Below, piece after piece: positions 8,674-17,632 of a stretch of DNA of 64,000 nucleotides. The stretch lies in assembly GCA_949283145.1 (NCBI GenBank), contig CASDRL010000011.1, positions 1,142 to 65,141 on the forward strand. Direction: 5' to 3'. Source of the stretch: an uncultured Clostridia bacterium. GTDB taxonomy: Bacteria; Bacillota; Clostridia; Christensenellales; CAG-917. The position numbers and the translations under genes are program-made. How positions within the stretch are numbered: position 1 is the first letter of the stretch; the number at the start of each line of letters is the position of its first letter. The notes below the pieces were generated by a model. It was not told the DNA's origin. It saw only the letters and a list, made by a program, of their open reading frames with translations, and did not search any database.

Positions 8674-8812
8674 CGAGTACGTCGAAAACTCCGGGTGTGT
8701 GTTGCTTATATTCGGGCATAACTCCGGGACAACGGGGCGTGGCAGGAAAACTCCGGGATAACGGGGACGGGGTAAAGCAGGGGGACCCATCCTTGATGGG
8801 GTTTGGGTGCGC

Positions 8813-8857
8813 AAATGTTCAATGGCAGGCACATTCTGCCTGCCATTGAACATTTTT
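8813..8857 (+). terminator. 19-bp perfect hairpin with T-run (terminator-like) inside the ORF-free island
   Basis: aaatgttcaatggcaggca / tgcctgccattgaacattt with 5-nt loop cattc, followed by ttttt. Confidence 0.45.
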
Positions 8858-8978
8858 GCCCCGTCCCCATTTGTTTCGTACCCCCGTCCCGCTCTTGCCC
8901 CAATGCGTTCCTGTTTAAGGCGTGTTGGATGGCAGTCCGTTAAAATCGTCTGCGGGCACACCTCTGCGGCTTTGTGTA

Positions 8979-9007
8979 TTGCAAAATTTTTCCGTTGGGG
9001 GTAGAAT
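8979..9007 (+). promoter_or_regulatory. Sigma-70-type promoter for the 9029 membrane-protein gene
   Basis: TTGCAA (8979-8984), 17-nt spacer, TAGAAT (9002-9007). Confidence 0.5.
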
Positions 9008-9028
9008 GGACGGGAGAGAGGTGGCTTT

Positions 9029-9793
9029 ATGATCTTCACGGGCGAACACTATTATCTCGGGCTCATACAGGCGGCGCTTGCGGTCTTTTATGTGCTGTTC
9101 GGCGTGTTCGTCGCGGGGAGGAGCAGGGTGCTCGACCGCGTGGGAGCGTGGCTCATCGGCGCCTATCTTCTGATGTACAAGTTCAACGAATACGGTCCGT
9201 TCAGAGCCGTGCCCGTGGACCTTTCCGCGGTGTCCTACTTTCTCTTCGGCGTGGCGGCGTTCGTCCCCTTCCGTCCGTTGAAAGCGGCGGGGTCTTTCAG
9301 CGCGATGCTGAGCGGTTCGATCTATTTCTTCACCATGATCCTTTACCCCGAGATGCATGTGGAAAATCTGCTGAACGACCGCTGGTTCCTGCTCACCATG
9401 GCGATGGTCAACCACAACATCATGTTCTTCGGCGGGATGCTGGTCTGCGCGGAGTGCCGGTTCGGGCGCACGGACTATGTCTGGATGCTGGGGTGGATGG
9501 CGTTCTATCTCGCCTATTTTCAGCTTGTCACGGTGGGATACGGCATCACGGAGGGGGTGACGACCATCGGGGAGATCGTGGACGGCACCCTTGTCGCCGA
9601 GGTGCTGGGAGTGCCGCTCACCGCGGCGTATTACGCCGTCTATTACATTGTCGTGATACTCGCGCTGGCGCTCATATTTGTGCTGTTCAGGTGCATAAAC
9701 TCGGTGTTTATGCGGCGGAAAGACAGGAATAAACCGCGCTTTCTGTCATATGCCGATATGCGACCCGCTTGGGAGAGCCTGTTTCGGTGTTGA
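9029..9793 (+). CDS. Hypothetical multi-pass integral membrane protein
   Basis: 254 aa with about 7 hydrophobic segments. GGGAGAGAGG lies upstream of the ATG. Confidence 0.65.
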   Translation: MIFTGEHYYLGLIQAALAVFYVLFGVFVAGRSRVLDRVGAWLIGAYLLMYKFNEYGPFRAVPVDLSAVSYFLFGVAAFVPFRPLKAAGSFSAMLSGSIYFFTMILYPEMHVENLLNDRWFLLTMAMVNHNIMFFGGMLVCAECRFGRTDYVWMLGWMAFYLAYFQLVTVGYGITEGVTTIGEIVDGTLVAEVLGVPLTAAYYAVYYIVVILALALIFVLFRCINSVFMRRKDRNKPRFLSYADMRPAWESLFRC

Positions 9794-9915
9794 ATCCCGC
9801 GTGGTGTGAGAGAATGGAAACCGCGTGCAGGTGCATACCGAAATGGCGCGTGCGGGGACGGAAAAGAGACGGGGCGGAAGTGTGTGCGGCAACCGTATAA
9901 TTCCGGTCCGTCAAT

Positions 9916-10491
9916 ATGGAGAGGAGTATGGAACATAAAGGGACTGTTGTTATAGAAACGGAGCGTTTGCTGCTCAGGCGGTTCACGCGGGAAGACGCTC
10001 GTCCCGCGTTCGAGAATTGGACGAACGACGGCAGGGTGACGGAATTTCTGCGCTGGCAGCCGCACGGAGACAGCGCGGTCACGGAGAGGGTGGTCGGCGA
10101 ATGGACGGAGAGCTATCGTGACGAGAAGTTTTACCATTGGGCGATAGTCCCGAAAGAGCTCGGCGAGCCCGTGGGAACCATCTCCGCCGTAGGGATTGAC
10201 GACGGGACGGGCACGGTGCATATCGGCTATTGCATCGGGAGCAGGTGGTGGAACAAGGGGTATATGAGCGAAGCGCTCAACGCCGTCATCTCCTTTTTCT
10301 TCCGTGAGGTGAAGGCGGAAAGGGTGGAGTCGCAGCATCATCCCGACAACATAGGATCGGGCAGAGTGATGGAAAAGTGCGGGCTCGCGTTCGAGCGCAT
10401 TGTGAAGGACGGGGACAGGAGCAATAAAGGAATTGCGGACGCCTGCGTGCACGCGCTCTCGGCGGAAAGATATTTCGCGTCGCGAGGTTGA
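9916..10491 (+). CDS. GNAT family N-acetyltransferase (RimJ/RimL-like)
   Basis: 191 aa. ETERLLLRRFTREDA opening and WWNKGYMSEAL acetyl-CoA-binding-type region. The start could instead be ATG 9928. Confidence 0.8.
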   Translation: MERSMEHKGTVVIETERLLLRRFTREDARPAFENWTNDGRVTEFLRWQPHGDSAVTERVVGEWTESYRDEKFYHWAIVPKELGEPVGTISAVGIDDGTGTVHIGYCIGSRWWNKGYMSEALNAVISFFFREVKAERVESQHHPDNIGSGRVMEKCGLAFERIVKDGDRSNKGIADACVHALSAERYFASRG

Positions 10492-10547
10492 CGGCGCGGC
10501 GGCGGGAGGGAAAGTCGGCGCGGAGCGGCGAAAGGTGTGAAAAACGC

Positions 10548-10577
10548 TTGACAGGGTCTTTCATTAAATGGTAATAT
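10548..10577 (+). promoter_or_regulatory. Sigma-70-type promoter of the infC-rpmI-rplT operon
   Basis: TTGACA (10548-10553), 18-nt spacer, TAATAT (10572-10577). Confidence 0.55.
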
Positions 10578-10579
10578 GC

Positions 10580-10709
10580 CTACGCAAGCAAAGGTTTCCC
10601 TTTCACCGCAGGCTCACGCCGAACGGTCGTCACTTCAAAAATTCCCGCACGGGACAAGTGGTGTCGGAGACTTTTGTCTGCCGACATTTTTCTTTGGGAG
10701 GGCTCTTTT
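10580..10709 (+). promoter_or_regulatory. Candidate L20-responsive leader / attenuator of the infC operon
   Basis: About 130-nt untranslated leader containing hairpin gtcggagac...gtctgccgac followed by atttttc. The position matches the L20 leader of Bacillota infC operons. Not verified by a covariance model. Confidence 0.35.
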
Positions 10710-11225
10710 TTGAAAGAGTTGATCATCAACGAGAGGATCCGCGACCGCGAGGTAAGGCTCATCGGCGAGGACGGCACTCAATACGGCATCATCTCCATCT
10801 CCGAAGCGAGGAGGATCGCGGAGGAGAAGGGGCTGGATCTTTGCAAGGTGTCTCCGCCCGACGTCACCCCCGCCACCTGCAAGCTGATGGACTACGGCAA
10901 ATACCGTTACGACCAGCAGAAGCGCGAGAAGGAGCAGCGCAAGAATCAGCGCATTGTGGAGCTCAAAGAGGTGCGCCTTTCCGCCACCATCGACGTGGGC
11001 GACACCAAGAGGCTGGCGGCTCAGACGGCGAAGTTTATCCAGGACGGCAACAAGGTGAAGGCGTCCATCCGTCTCAAGGGCAGGCAGCAGGCGCATCCCG
11101 ACATCGCCATCGGCATCATCAAGGACTACATCGAGATGGTGGGCGAGGACGCGGTGGTCGAGAAGCCGCCGGTGCAGGAGGGCAGGATGATCTTCACCAT
11201 CCTCGCTCCCAAGAACAAGAAATAG
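10710..11225 (+). CDS. infC: Translation initiation factor IF-3
   Basis: Track ORF (TTG 10674) trimmed to in-frame TTG 10710, which has GGGAGGG 7 nt upstream. The N-terminus KELIINERIRDREVRLIGEDG aligns with the IF-3 N-terminus. IF-3 typically uses a non-ATG start. Confidence 0.85.
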   Translation: MKELIINERIRDREVRLIGEDGTQYGIISISEARRIAEEKGLDLCKVSPPDVTPATCKLMDYGKYRYDQQKREKEQRKNQRIVELKEVRLSATIDVGDTKRLAAQTAKFIQDGNKVKASIRLKGRQQAHPDIAIGIIKDYIEMVGEDAVVEKPPVQEGRMIFTILAPKNKK

Positions 11226-11282
11226 TCCATTCACGGGCAGACATCGTCTGCCGCAGGCAAAATAATCAAACAGGAGGCTCTT

Positions 11283-11480
11283 ATGCCAAAGCAGAAAACC
11301 CACAGCGGAGCAAAAAAGCGTTTCAGAAAGAGCGCGAACGGTCACTATAAGTGCGACCACAGCGGCCACGATCACATCCTGACCAAGAAGACCACCAAGA
11401 GAAAGCGTTCGTTGAGACAGGACCAGTACATCGACAAGACCAAAGAGGCCGAACTCAAGAGATTGCTGCCCTATCAATAA
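11283..11480 (+). CDS. rpmI: 50S ribosomal protein L35
   Basis: 65 aa, [14 protein letters not shown] signature, AGGAGG upstream. Confidence 0.93.
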   Translation: MPKQKTHSGAKKRFRKSANGHYKCDHSGHDHILTKKTTKRKRSLRQDQYIDKTKEAELKRLLPYQ

Positions 11481-11492
11481 GGAGATGACGAT

Positions 11493-11846
11493 ATGAGGAT
11501 CAAAAGAGCTGTAAGCGCTGTCAAGAAGCGCAGAAAGATAATGAAGCAAGCCAAGGGCTACTACGGCGGCAAGAGCCGTCTCTACCGTGTTGCGAAACAG
11601 CAGGTCATGCGCAGCGGCTACTATGCCTATGTCGGCAGAAAGCAGAAGAAGCGTGATTTCAGAAAGCTGTGGATCGCGCGTATCAACGCGGCGGCGCGTC
11701 TCAACGACCTGAGCTATTCCAAGTTCATGCACGGTCTCAAGCTCGCGGGCATCGACCTCAACCGCAAGGTCCTCGCGGACATCGCGGTCAGCGACCCCAA
11801 AGCCTTCTCCGCTCTGTGCGATCAGGCGAAGGAGAAACTCGCGTAA
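11493..11846 (+). CDS. rplT: 50S ribosomal protein L20
   Basis: 117 aa; [18 protein letters not shown] and [10 protein letters not shown] motifs. Confidence 0.95.
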   Translation: MRIKRAVSAVKKRRKIMKQAKGYYGGKSRLYRVAKQQVMRSGYYAYVGRKQKKRDFRKLWIARINAAARLNDLSYSKFMHGLKLAGIDLNRKVLADIAVSDPKAFSALCDQAKEKLA

Positions 11847-11852
11847 CACACC

Positions 11853-11880
11853 GAGAGGCGCTCCACGCGCCTCTTTTTTC
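11853..11880 (+). terminator. Intrinsic terminator after rplT
   Basis: gagaggcgc / gcgcctct stem followed by tttttt. Confidence 0.7.
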
Positions 11881-11889
11881 AAGATTGCG

Positions 11890-12633
11890 ATGGAGATCGT
11901 CACCTCGACGCAGAACAAGACCGTAAAGCTCTTCCGCTCCCTTTCCGAAAAGAAGTTCAGGGAAAGGGAAGGGCTCTTCCCGGCGGAGGGCGGCAACATC
12001 CTCCGCGACATCCCCGCGTCCGCGGCGGTGCGCTTCGTGCTCGCCACCGAGGACAGAGCGGCGGAGGCGGAGGAGCGCTTCCCGGGCAAAGTCACCGTGG
12101 TCTCCGACGAGGTGATGAAGAGCGTCTCCGGGACTGTCACTCCTTACGGTCTCGCGGCGGCGGTGGTCATCCCCGTGCACGGGTTCGCGCTCCCCGCGGG
12201 CAACGCCATCCTTCTTGACGGCGTGTCCGACCCGGGCAACCTCGGCACCATCCTCCGCACGGCGGCGGCGACGGGCTTTAAGGAAGTCTATCTCCTCGGA
12301 TGCACGGACGCCTACGCCCCCAAGGCGGTCAGGGCGAGCATGGGCGGCATCTTCCGCTGCGTCGTCCGCGAGGTGGATCCCGAGCAGGCGGAGACCCTTG
12401 TCAAGGGCACGCGCTCCGCGGCACTGGATATGGCGGGGGAGAGCATATTCGCTTCTCCGCTCCCCGCTCCCTGCCTGTTTGTGGCGGGCAGCGAGGCGCA
12501 CGGCGTGAGCGAGCGGCTCCTCGGCGCGGTGAAAGAGGTACGTTCCCTTCCCATGACGGGCGGGATGGAGTCTCTCAACGTGGCGGTCGTGGCGGGCATC
12601 GCAATGTACAACGTCTTCACATCTTCACATTAA
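11890..12633 (+). CDS. TrmH/SpoU family RNA 2'-O-methyltransferase
   Basis: 247 aa. The C-terminal region carries SpoU motifs ([30 protein letters not shown]). Confidence 0.8.
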   Translation: MEIVTSTQNKTVKLFRSLSEKKFREREGLFPAEGGNILRDIPASAAVRFVLATEDRAAEAEERFPGKVTVVSDEVMKSVSGTVTPYGLAAAVVIPVHGFALPAGNAILLDGVSDPGNLGTILRTAAATGFKEVYLLGCTDAYAPKAVRASMGGIFRCVVREVDPEQAETLVKGTRSAALDMAGESIFASPLPAPCLFVAGSEAHGVSERLLGAVKEVRSLPMTGGMESLNVAVVAGIAMYNVFTSSH

Positions 12634-12643
12634 CGGAGGTTTT

Positions 12644-13390
12644 ATGAGCGGTCACAGCAAATGGCATAACATCCAACAGAAAAAGGGCAAATCCGACGCG
12701 GCTCGCGCGAACGTTTTCACCAAGATCGGGCGCGAGATCGCCGTCGCCGTCAAGCAGGGCGGTCCGGACCCCAACTCCAACAGCAAACTCCGCGACGCCA
12801 TCGCGAAGGCGAAAGCCAACAATATGCCCAACGACAACATCTCACGCAGCATCAAGAAGGCGAGCGGCGAGCTGGGCAGCATCAACTATGAGGACATGAC
12901 CTACGAGGGATACGGCGTGGGCGGCACCGCCTTCATCGTCGAGGCGCTCACCGACAACAAGAACCGCACCGCGGGCGACGTCAGACACCTCTTTGACAAA
13001 TACGGCGGCTCTCTCGGCGCCACCGGCTGCGTGTCCTTCATGTTCAAGCGCAAGGGCGTCATCGCGGTCGCCAAGTCCGACATCGCAGAAGACGACCTCA
13101 TGATGTTCGCGCTCGACGCGGGCGCTGAGGACATCCTCTCCGACGATGAGGAAGTTTTCGAGGTCATCACCGCACCCGCCGACCTCGGCACCGTGCGCGA
13201 CGAGCTGGAAAAGAACGGCGTCAAACTCCTCTCCGCAGAGGTGGACATGATCCCGGAGAACACCGTCGAGCCCGACGAGGCGCAGCAGACCACACTCCTC
13301 AAGATGATCGACAAACTCGAGGAGCTGGACGACGTGCAGAACGTCTATCACAACGCCGTCATCACCATCGGCGACGATGAAGAGGAATAA
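12644..13390 (+). CDS. YebC/PmpR family DNA-binding transcriptional regulator
   Basis: 248 aa; [27 protein letters not shown] signature. Confidence 0.92.
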   Translation: MSGHSKWHNIQQKKGKSDAARANVFTKIGREIAVAVKQGGPDPNSNSKLRDAIAKAKANNMPNDNISRSIKKASGELGSINYEDMTYEGYGVGGTAFIVEALTDNKNRTAGDVRHLFDKYGGSLGATGCVSFMFKRKGVIAVAKSDIAEDDLMMFALDAGAEDILSDDEEVFEVITAPADLGTVRDELEKNGVKLLSAEVDMIPENTVEPDEAQQTTLLKMIDKLEELDDVQNVYHNAVITIGDDEEE

Positions 13391-13393
13391 GAA

Positions 13394-14647
13394 ATGATCG
13401 ACGTCCAAGACATCTGCAAAAGGGCGAAAGAGGCGTCTTACGATCTCGCGGCTCGCTCCGCAGAGGAGAAGAACGCAATGCTTTCCGCCATAGCCCGCGC
13501 TCTCACCGAGGCGGACAACCTCGCGGCACTTTCGGCTGCCAACGCCGAGGATGTTGCGGCTGCGAAGGCGAACGGCAAGGACGCTCCCTTCATCGACCGT
13601 CTCACCCTCACCGAAAAGAGAGTGGCGACCATGATCGAGGGCTTGCGGCAGATCGCCGCGCTCCCCGATCCCGTGGGCGAAGTTGTCGAGGAGAGGACTC
13701 TCCCCAACGGGCTGGACATCAAGCGCGTGCGCGCACCTCTCGGCGTCATCGGCATCATCTACGAGGCGCGCCCCAACGTCACCGTGGACGCGGCGGCTCT
13801 CTGCCTCAAATCCGGCAACTCCGTGGTGCTGCGCGGCGGCAAAGACGCCCTTAACTCCAACCGCGTGCTCTACAACATCATGCGCGCGGCGGTGGAGGAC
13901 TTGGGCATGAGCGGAGACATCATCGGGTTCATCGACGATCCTTCCCGCGACGCCAGCAGAGTTATGCTGGAGCAGGAGGGGCTCATCGACGTCATCATCC
14001 CACGCGGCGGCGAGGGCTTGAAAAACTTCGTGCTGGACAACGCGAAGATGCCCGTCATCGCGTCCGCGGGCGGCAACTGCCACACTTATGTGGACAGTAC
14101 GGCGGATCTTGACAAGGCGATCCCGGTCATCGTCAACGCAAAAGTGCAGCGTCCCTCCACCTGCAACGCGCTGGAGCACGTCATCGTGGACCGCGCGATC
14201 GCAAAGGGATTCCTGCCCGCGCTTTACGCCGCGCTAAAAGAAAACGGCGTGATCGTGTTCGGCACAGAAGAGGTGCGCGCCATCCTGCCCGAAGTCGCGC
14301 TCGCGACCGAACAGGACTTTTATACGGAGTTTTCGGCGCTTAAAATCACGTTTATGCTCGCCAGCGGGGTGGAAGAGGCGGTCGCGTTCATCAACGCGCA
14401 CAGCACCAATCACTCCGACGCCATCCTCTCCCGCGACCAAAAGGCGATAAATTATTTCACCACGCGGGTGGATTCCGCGGCGGTCTATGTCAACACCTCC
14501 ACGAGGTTCACGGACGGGTTCGAGTTCGGTCTCGGCGCGGAGATGGGCATCTCCACGCAGAAGCTGCACGCGAGAGGTCCGATAGCGTTGAAGGAGCTGA
14601 CTTCCGTCAAGTACGTCATCACGGGCGACGGACAGGTCAGGAAATGA
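13394..14647 (+). CDS. proA: Glutamate-5-semialdehyde dehydrogenase (gamma-glutamyl phosphate reductase)
   Basis: 417 aa with ProA-type aldehyde dehydrogenase motifs (IIPRGGEGL, QRPSTCNALE). Confidence 0.92.
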   Translation: MIDVQDICKRAKEASYDLAARSAEEKNAMLSAIARALTEADNLAALSAANAEDVAAAKANGKDAPFIDRLTLTEKRVATMIEGLRQIAALPDPVGEVVEERTLPNGLDIKRVRAPLGVIGIIYEARPNVTVDAAALCLKSGNSVVLRGGKDALNSNRVLYNIMRAAVEDLGMSGDIIGFIDDPSRDASRVMLEQEGLIDVIIPRGGEGLKNFVLDNAKMPVIASAGGNCHTYVDSTADLDKAIPVIVNAKVQRPSTCNALEHVIVDRAIAKGFLPALYAALKENGVIVFGTEEVRAILPEVALATEQDFYTEFSALKITFMLASGVEEAVAFINAHSTNHSDAILSRDQKAINYFTTRVDSAAVYVNTSTRFTDGFEFGLGAEMGISTQKLHARGPIALKELTSVKYVITGDGQVRK

Positions 14648-14654
14648 ACAGAGG

Positions 14655-14682
14655 GCGGGCGCAGACGCGCCCGCGGTTTTTT
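14655..14682 (+). terminator. Intrinsic terminator after proA
   Basis: gcgggcgc/gcgcccgc stem, loop agac, then ggtttttt. Confidence 0.6.
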
Positions 14683-15825
14683 ATGAAAAGAGTCTATCTC
14701 GACAACGCCGCCACCACACCTCTTTCTGAGAGTGCGCGGGCGGCAATGCAGCCTTTCGGGGCGGAGAGGTTCGGCAATGCGGACTCCCGTCACTCTTTCG
14801 GGCGCGACGCTGCGGCGGCGCTCGCTTCCGCGCGCTCTGGCATAGCGGAATGCATAGGGGCTGCTCCCGAGGAGATATACTTCACTTCCGGCGGGACGGA
14901 GGCGGACAACTGGGCTTTGAAGGGCGCGGCGTTCATGCACGCCAAGGGCAGGGTGATCGTCTCCGCCGTCGAGCATCCCGCGGTCTACGAGAGCGCGAGA
15001 CAGCTCGAAAGGCTGGGCTTTGCTCTCACCGTCCTTCCCGTGGACGGGGAGGGCTTCGTAAGCCCGCAAAGCCTCGCCGACGCGATGGGAGACGACGTCT
15101 TTTTGGTCAGCGTCATGACCGCAGGCAACGAGACGGGCAGCATCCAGCCCGTCCGCGACCTTGCGGACATCGCGCACTCACGCGGCGCGCTCTTCCACAC
15201 CGACGCAGTGCAGGCGGCGGGGACAATGTCCTTGAATGTCCGTGACCTCGGCTGTGACATGCTCTCCCTTTCCGCGCACAAGTTCGGAGGCCCCAAGGGC
15301 TTCGGTGCGCTGTACATCAGAAACGGGGTGCGCCTCGAAGCGTTGCACTCCGGCGGCGAGCAGGAGAGAGGGAAGAGAGGCGGCACTTCTGATGTCGCGG
15401 GGGCGTGCGGCACGGCTGCTGCGCTATCCGCCGCAGTCCGCGATATGGCTGTCGTGAGCGCTCGCGTGCGTGCGCTTAAAGACGCTTTTGCCAAGCGCGT
15501 GCTGAAAGACATCGACGGCGCGGTGCTGCATGGAACTCTCGATGAGGGGCGTTCTCTTCCCGGCATAGTCAACCTCGGTTTCGAGGGCGTGACGGGGGAG
15601 GAACTTCTCTTTTCTCTCGACCTTGCGGGCATCGCCGCATCCAACGGCAGCGCGTGCTCCGCGGGCTCTACGGAGCCGAGCAGGACCCTCCTCGCCATGG
15701 GGCTCACTCCCGCAGAGGCGAAAGGTGCGGTGCGCTTCTCCTTCGGAAGGGACAACACCCCGGAAGACGCGGAAGCCGCCTTCGCCGCATTGAAGAGTAT
15801 AACGGAACGCCTGCGCGCAAGATGA
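14683..15825 (+). CDS. Cysteine desulfurase (NifS/IscS family, PLP-dependent)
   Basis: Trimmed to ATG 14683 (MKRVYLDNAATTP). PLP lysine motif SAHKFGGPKG and catalytic Cys motif GSACSAGS. No clear SD, so the start is less certain. Confidence 0.88.
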   Translation: MKRVYLDNAATTPLSESARAAMQPFGAERFGNADSRHSFGRDAAAALASARSGIAECIGAAPEEIYFTSGGTEADNWALKGAAFMHAKGRVIVSAVEHPAVYESARQLERLGFALTVLPVDGEGFVSPQSLADAMGDDVFLVSVMTAGNETGSIQPVRDLADIAHSRGALFHTDAVQAAGTMSLNVRDLGCDMLSLSAHKFGGPKGFGALYIRNGVRLEALHSGGEQERGKRGGTSDVAGACGTAAALSAAVRDMAVVSARVRALKDAFAKRVLKDIDGAVLHGTLDEGRSLPGIVNLGFEGVTGEELLFSLDLAGIAASNGSACSAGSTEPSRTLLAMGLTPAEAKGAVRFSFGRDNTPEDAEAAFAALKSITERLRAR

Positions 15826-15931
15826 TGCGGAGCGGCGGAGCAACTCTTCACGCTTTCCGTCAGCCGAAACCTGCCGATAAGCCGTCGAAAGCGGAGAAAG
15901 TTTTCCGACACGGAAAACAGACAAAAAAAGG

Positions 15932-15958
15932 AAGACGGAGCGTGACGCTCCGTCTTTT
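15932..15958. terminator. Bidirectional intrinsic terminator
   Basis: aagacggagcg/cgctccgtctt stem with an A-run before and a T-run after. Serves the convergent genes on both sides. Confidence 0.65.
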
Positions 15959-16092
15959 CAGTCCAGCACTTCTTCCAGCTTGTGGAGCAGCGCTTTTTTG
16001 GTCTTTTTGACCAGGTTTTGGTTGCTTGCCGAGTATATCGCGGTCGCGGTCACGACGCCGAGCACGGCTCCTATCCACATAGAGTTTTTCAT
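15958..16092 (-). CDS. Small hydrophobic protein (44 aa, single TM)
   Basis: MKNSMWIGAVLGVVTATAIYSASNQNLVKKTKKALLHKLEEVLD. GGGAGG lies 5 nt upstream of ATG 16092. This is a sub-ORF of track ORF 15958..16275. Confidence 0.45.
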   Translation of the reverse strand: MKNSMWIGAVLGVVTATAIYSASNQNLVKKTKKALLHKLEEVLD

Positions 16093-16318
16093 GATGACCT
16101 CCCGCATACAGTTTGCGCAAAGAGCGGCGGGATATGCGCCCCTTCGCCGCGTTTCGCCCGCTCGTCTTCCGCGGCGCTCCGCAAGGGCTTTTTGCGCCCG
16201 CTCGGGAGACGGAGGGGGAAAAGCCTCGTTCGTCGTCGTTTTATGAGAGAGGGGGATAAGAAAACGCCGAAGCATTCCGCCTCGGCGTTCGGGATATTCT
16301 CTGATGCGTCGCGTCCTT

Positions 16319-17476
16319 TCAGACGGTGACGGGAGTGAGTTCGTTATCCGCCAGGAAGTCGATGAGGGTCATCGAGGTCACGGCATAGCCGATGTTTTCG
16401 ATGTTTTCGGTGACGATCTTGGACTCGACGATGCCCACCACTTCGTTCTTATTGTTGACCATGGGGCCGCCGGAGTTGCCGCCGTTGATGGCGCTGTCCG
16501 TCTGATAGAATGTGCCCGCTCCCCAGGAAGAAAGGGTGTGCTCGGTCGCGGAGATGATGCCGGTGGAAAGGCTCAGGATCGCCTGAGTGGGATCGCTGCC
16601 GGGGGAGGGATAGCCCACGATGGCGATGTTGTCGCCGTAGTCCGCCCCTTCCGTCGCGATGTTGAGGGAGGGATATTCCTCCTCGTCCGGCTGCTCATCG
16701 CCTTTAAAGTACAGCACTGCGAGGTCGGGCAGAGAGGTGTAGCTTTCGTCCACGACGATGTTCGTCCCGTCGATGACTTCCAGATAAGATCCGCAGGCGT
16801 AGATTTCGAGCTCATAGCTTCCGGATGCGCCGTTCATAAGGGAGCAGGTGATGGTTTCGCGCTGCTTAAAAGAGTAGGATGTGGTCGTGCCGCCGCCGGT
16901 GCTGCCGAAGTGATCATCCCACCAATTGCCGCTTCCCGACGAAGTCGTCTCGCTCACCGTTTCCAGCACGACGTGGGCGTTGGTGACGACATATCTTGCG
17001 GTTTCACCTTTTGAGTTTGTTGCGGTGATGAGGAAACCGGAGCCGTAAGAGGTGCTTTTCTCGCCTCTTGCGACGATCTGCACGGTGGAGTAGACCGTCT
17101 TGGTGCCCGCTACGACGGCGGCGGAGGTGGTCAGCTCCTTGATGACATTCTCTTCTATCTGCGCGATGACGTCCTCGGTGATCTCTCTGCCATCGAGATA
17201 TTCCTCTATGGCTTTGAGATATTCCTCGCGAAGAGCTTCCGTCATGCTGTCGGCATAGCTCTGCGAGACCTGGCTCTTCATGCTGGCGAGCACAACGACG
17301 TTCGCGACGATGGCTATGCACATTATCACGGCAATGACGACAAACAGGATCGTGATCACCGTAAAACGCTTGCGGCTGTTGTTGTCTTTGGGATCGACCG
17401 GATCGGGAGTGTGATATATGGGGGTGCGCTCCGGATCGTTGACGTTGTTGAAGAAGTTGTCGTAGTTTTCCATCAT
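16319..17476 (-). CDS. Membrane-anchored trypsin-like serine protease (S1C/HtrA-like, no obvious PDZ)
   Basis: 385 aa with an N-terminal TM (ITILFVVIAVIMCIAIVANVVVL). Catalytic triad contexts TNAHVV, DLAVLYF, GNSGGPMV. Confidence 0.8.
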   Translation of the reverse strand: MMENYDNFFNNVNDPERTPIYHTPDPVDPKDNNSRKRFTVITILFVVIAVIMCIAIVANVVVLASMKSQVSQSYADSMTEALREEYLKAIEEYLDGREITEDVIAQIEENVIKELTTSAAVVAGTKTVYSTVQIVARGEKSTSYGSGFLITATNSKGETARYVVTNAHVVLETVSETTSSGSGNWWDDHFGSTGGGTTTSYSFKQRETITCSLMNGASGSYELEIYACGSYLEVIDGTNIVVDESYTSLPDLAVLYFKGDEQPDEEEYPSLNIATEGADYGDNIAIVGYPSPGSDPTQAILSLSTGIISATEHTLSSWGAGTFYQTDSAINGGNSGGPMVNNKNEVVGIVESKIVTENIENIGYAVTSMTLIDFLADNELTPVTV

Positions 17477-17632
17477 CTGCTCCGACCGTGTTTGATGTTC
17501 ATATGATATTTTAATTAAGTTAAAGCCGCGTTAAAACAATTTAACTTCTTTTTCCGCTTTTTTTAAGCACAAAATCCGTCGGATGAGATGATTTTGCACG
17601 GGCGCTGTGTTATTATATTAAAAAGGTATTTT

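Noticed and set aside
8159-8719. 186-aa minus-strand ORF in the thrS-downstream island, and its counterparts 18664..19320 (+) and 19038..19325 (-) in the second island. A shared peptide-like stretch (FKHASNELFVSRV / FRHASNRLFVSRV) suggested a decayed gene.
   Set aside because: Differences between the two copies fall at all codon positions, with most changes non-synonymous. There are no RBS or start contexts, and the frames are not collinear between copies. A non-coding repeat is more likely.
8720-8766. Tandem approx 30-nt repeats that could hint at a CRISPR array.
   Set aside because: Only two imperfect copies with no spacer-repeat periodicity, and no cas genes in the window.
8882-8893. cccccgtcccgc in the first island matches 10 nt of the tRNA-Leu 3' core (CCCGTCCCGC).
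   Set aside because: A 10-nt GC-rich match is close to chance expectation in 64 kb of high-GC sequence read on both strands.
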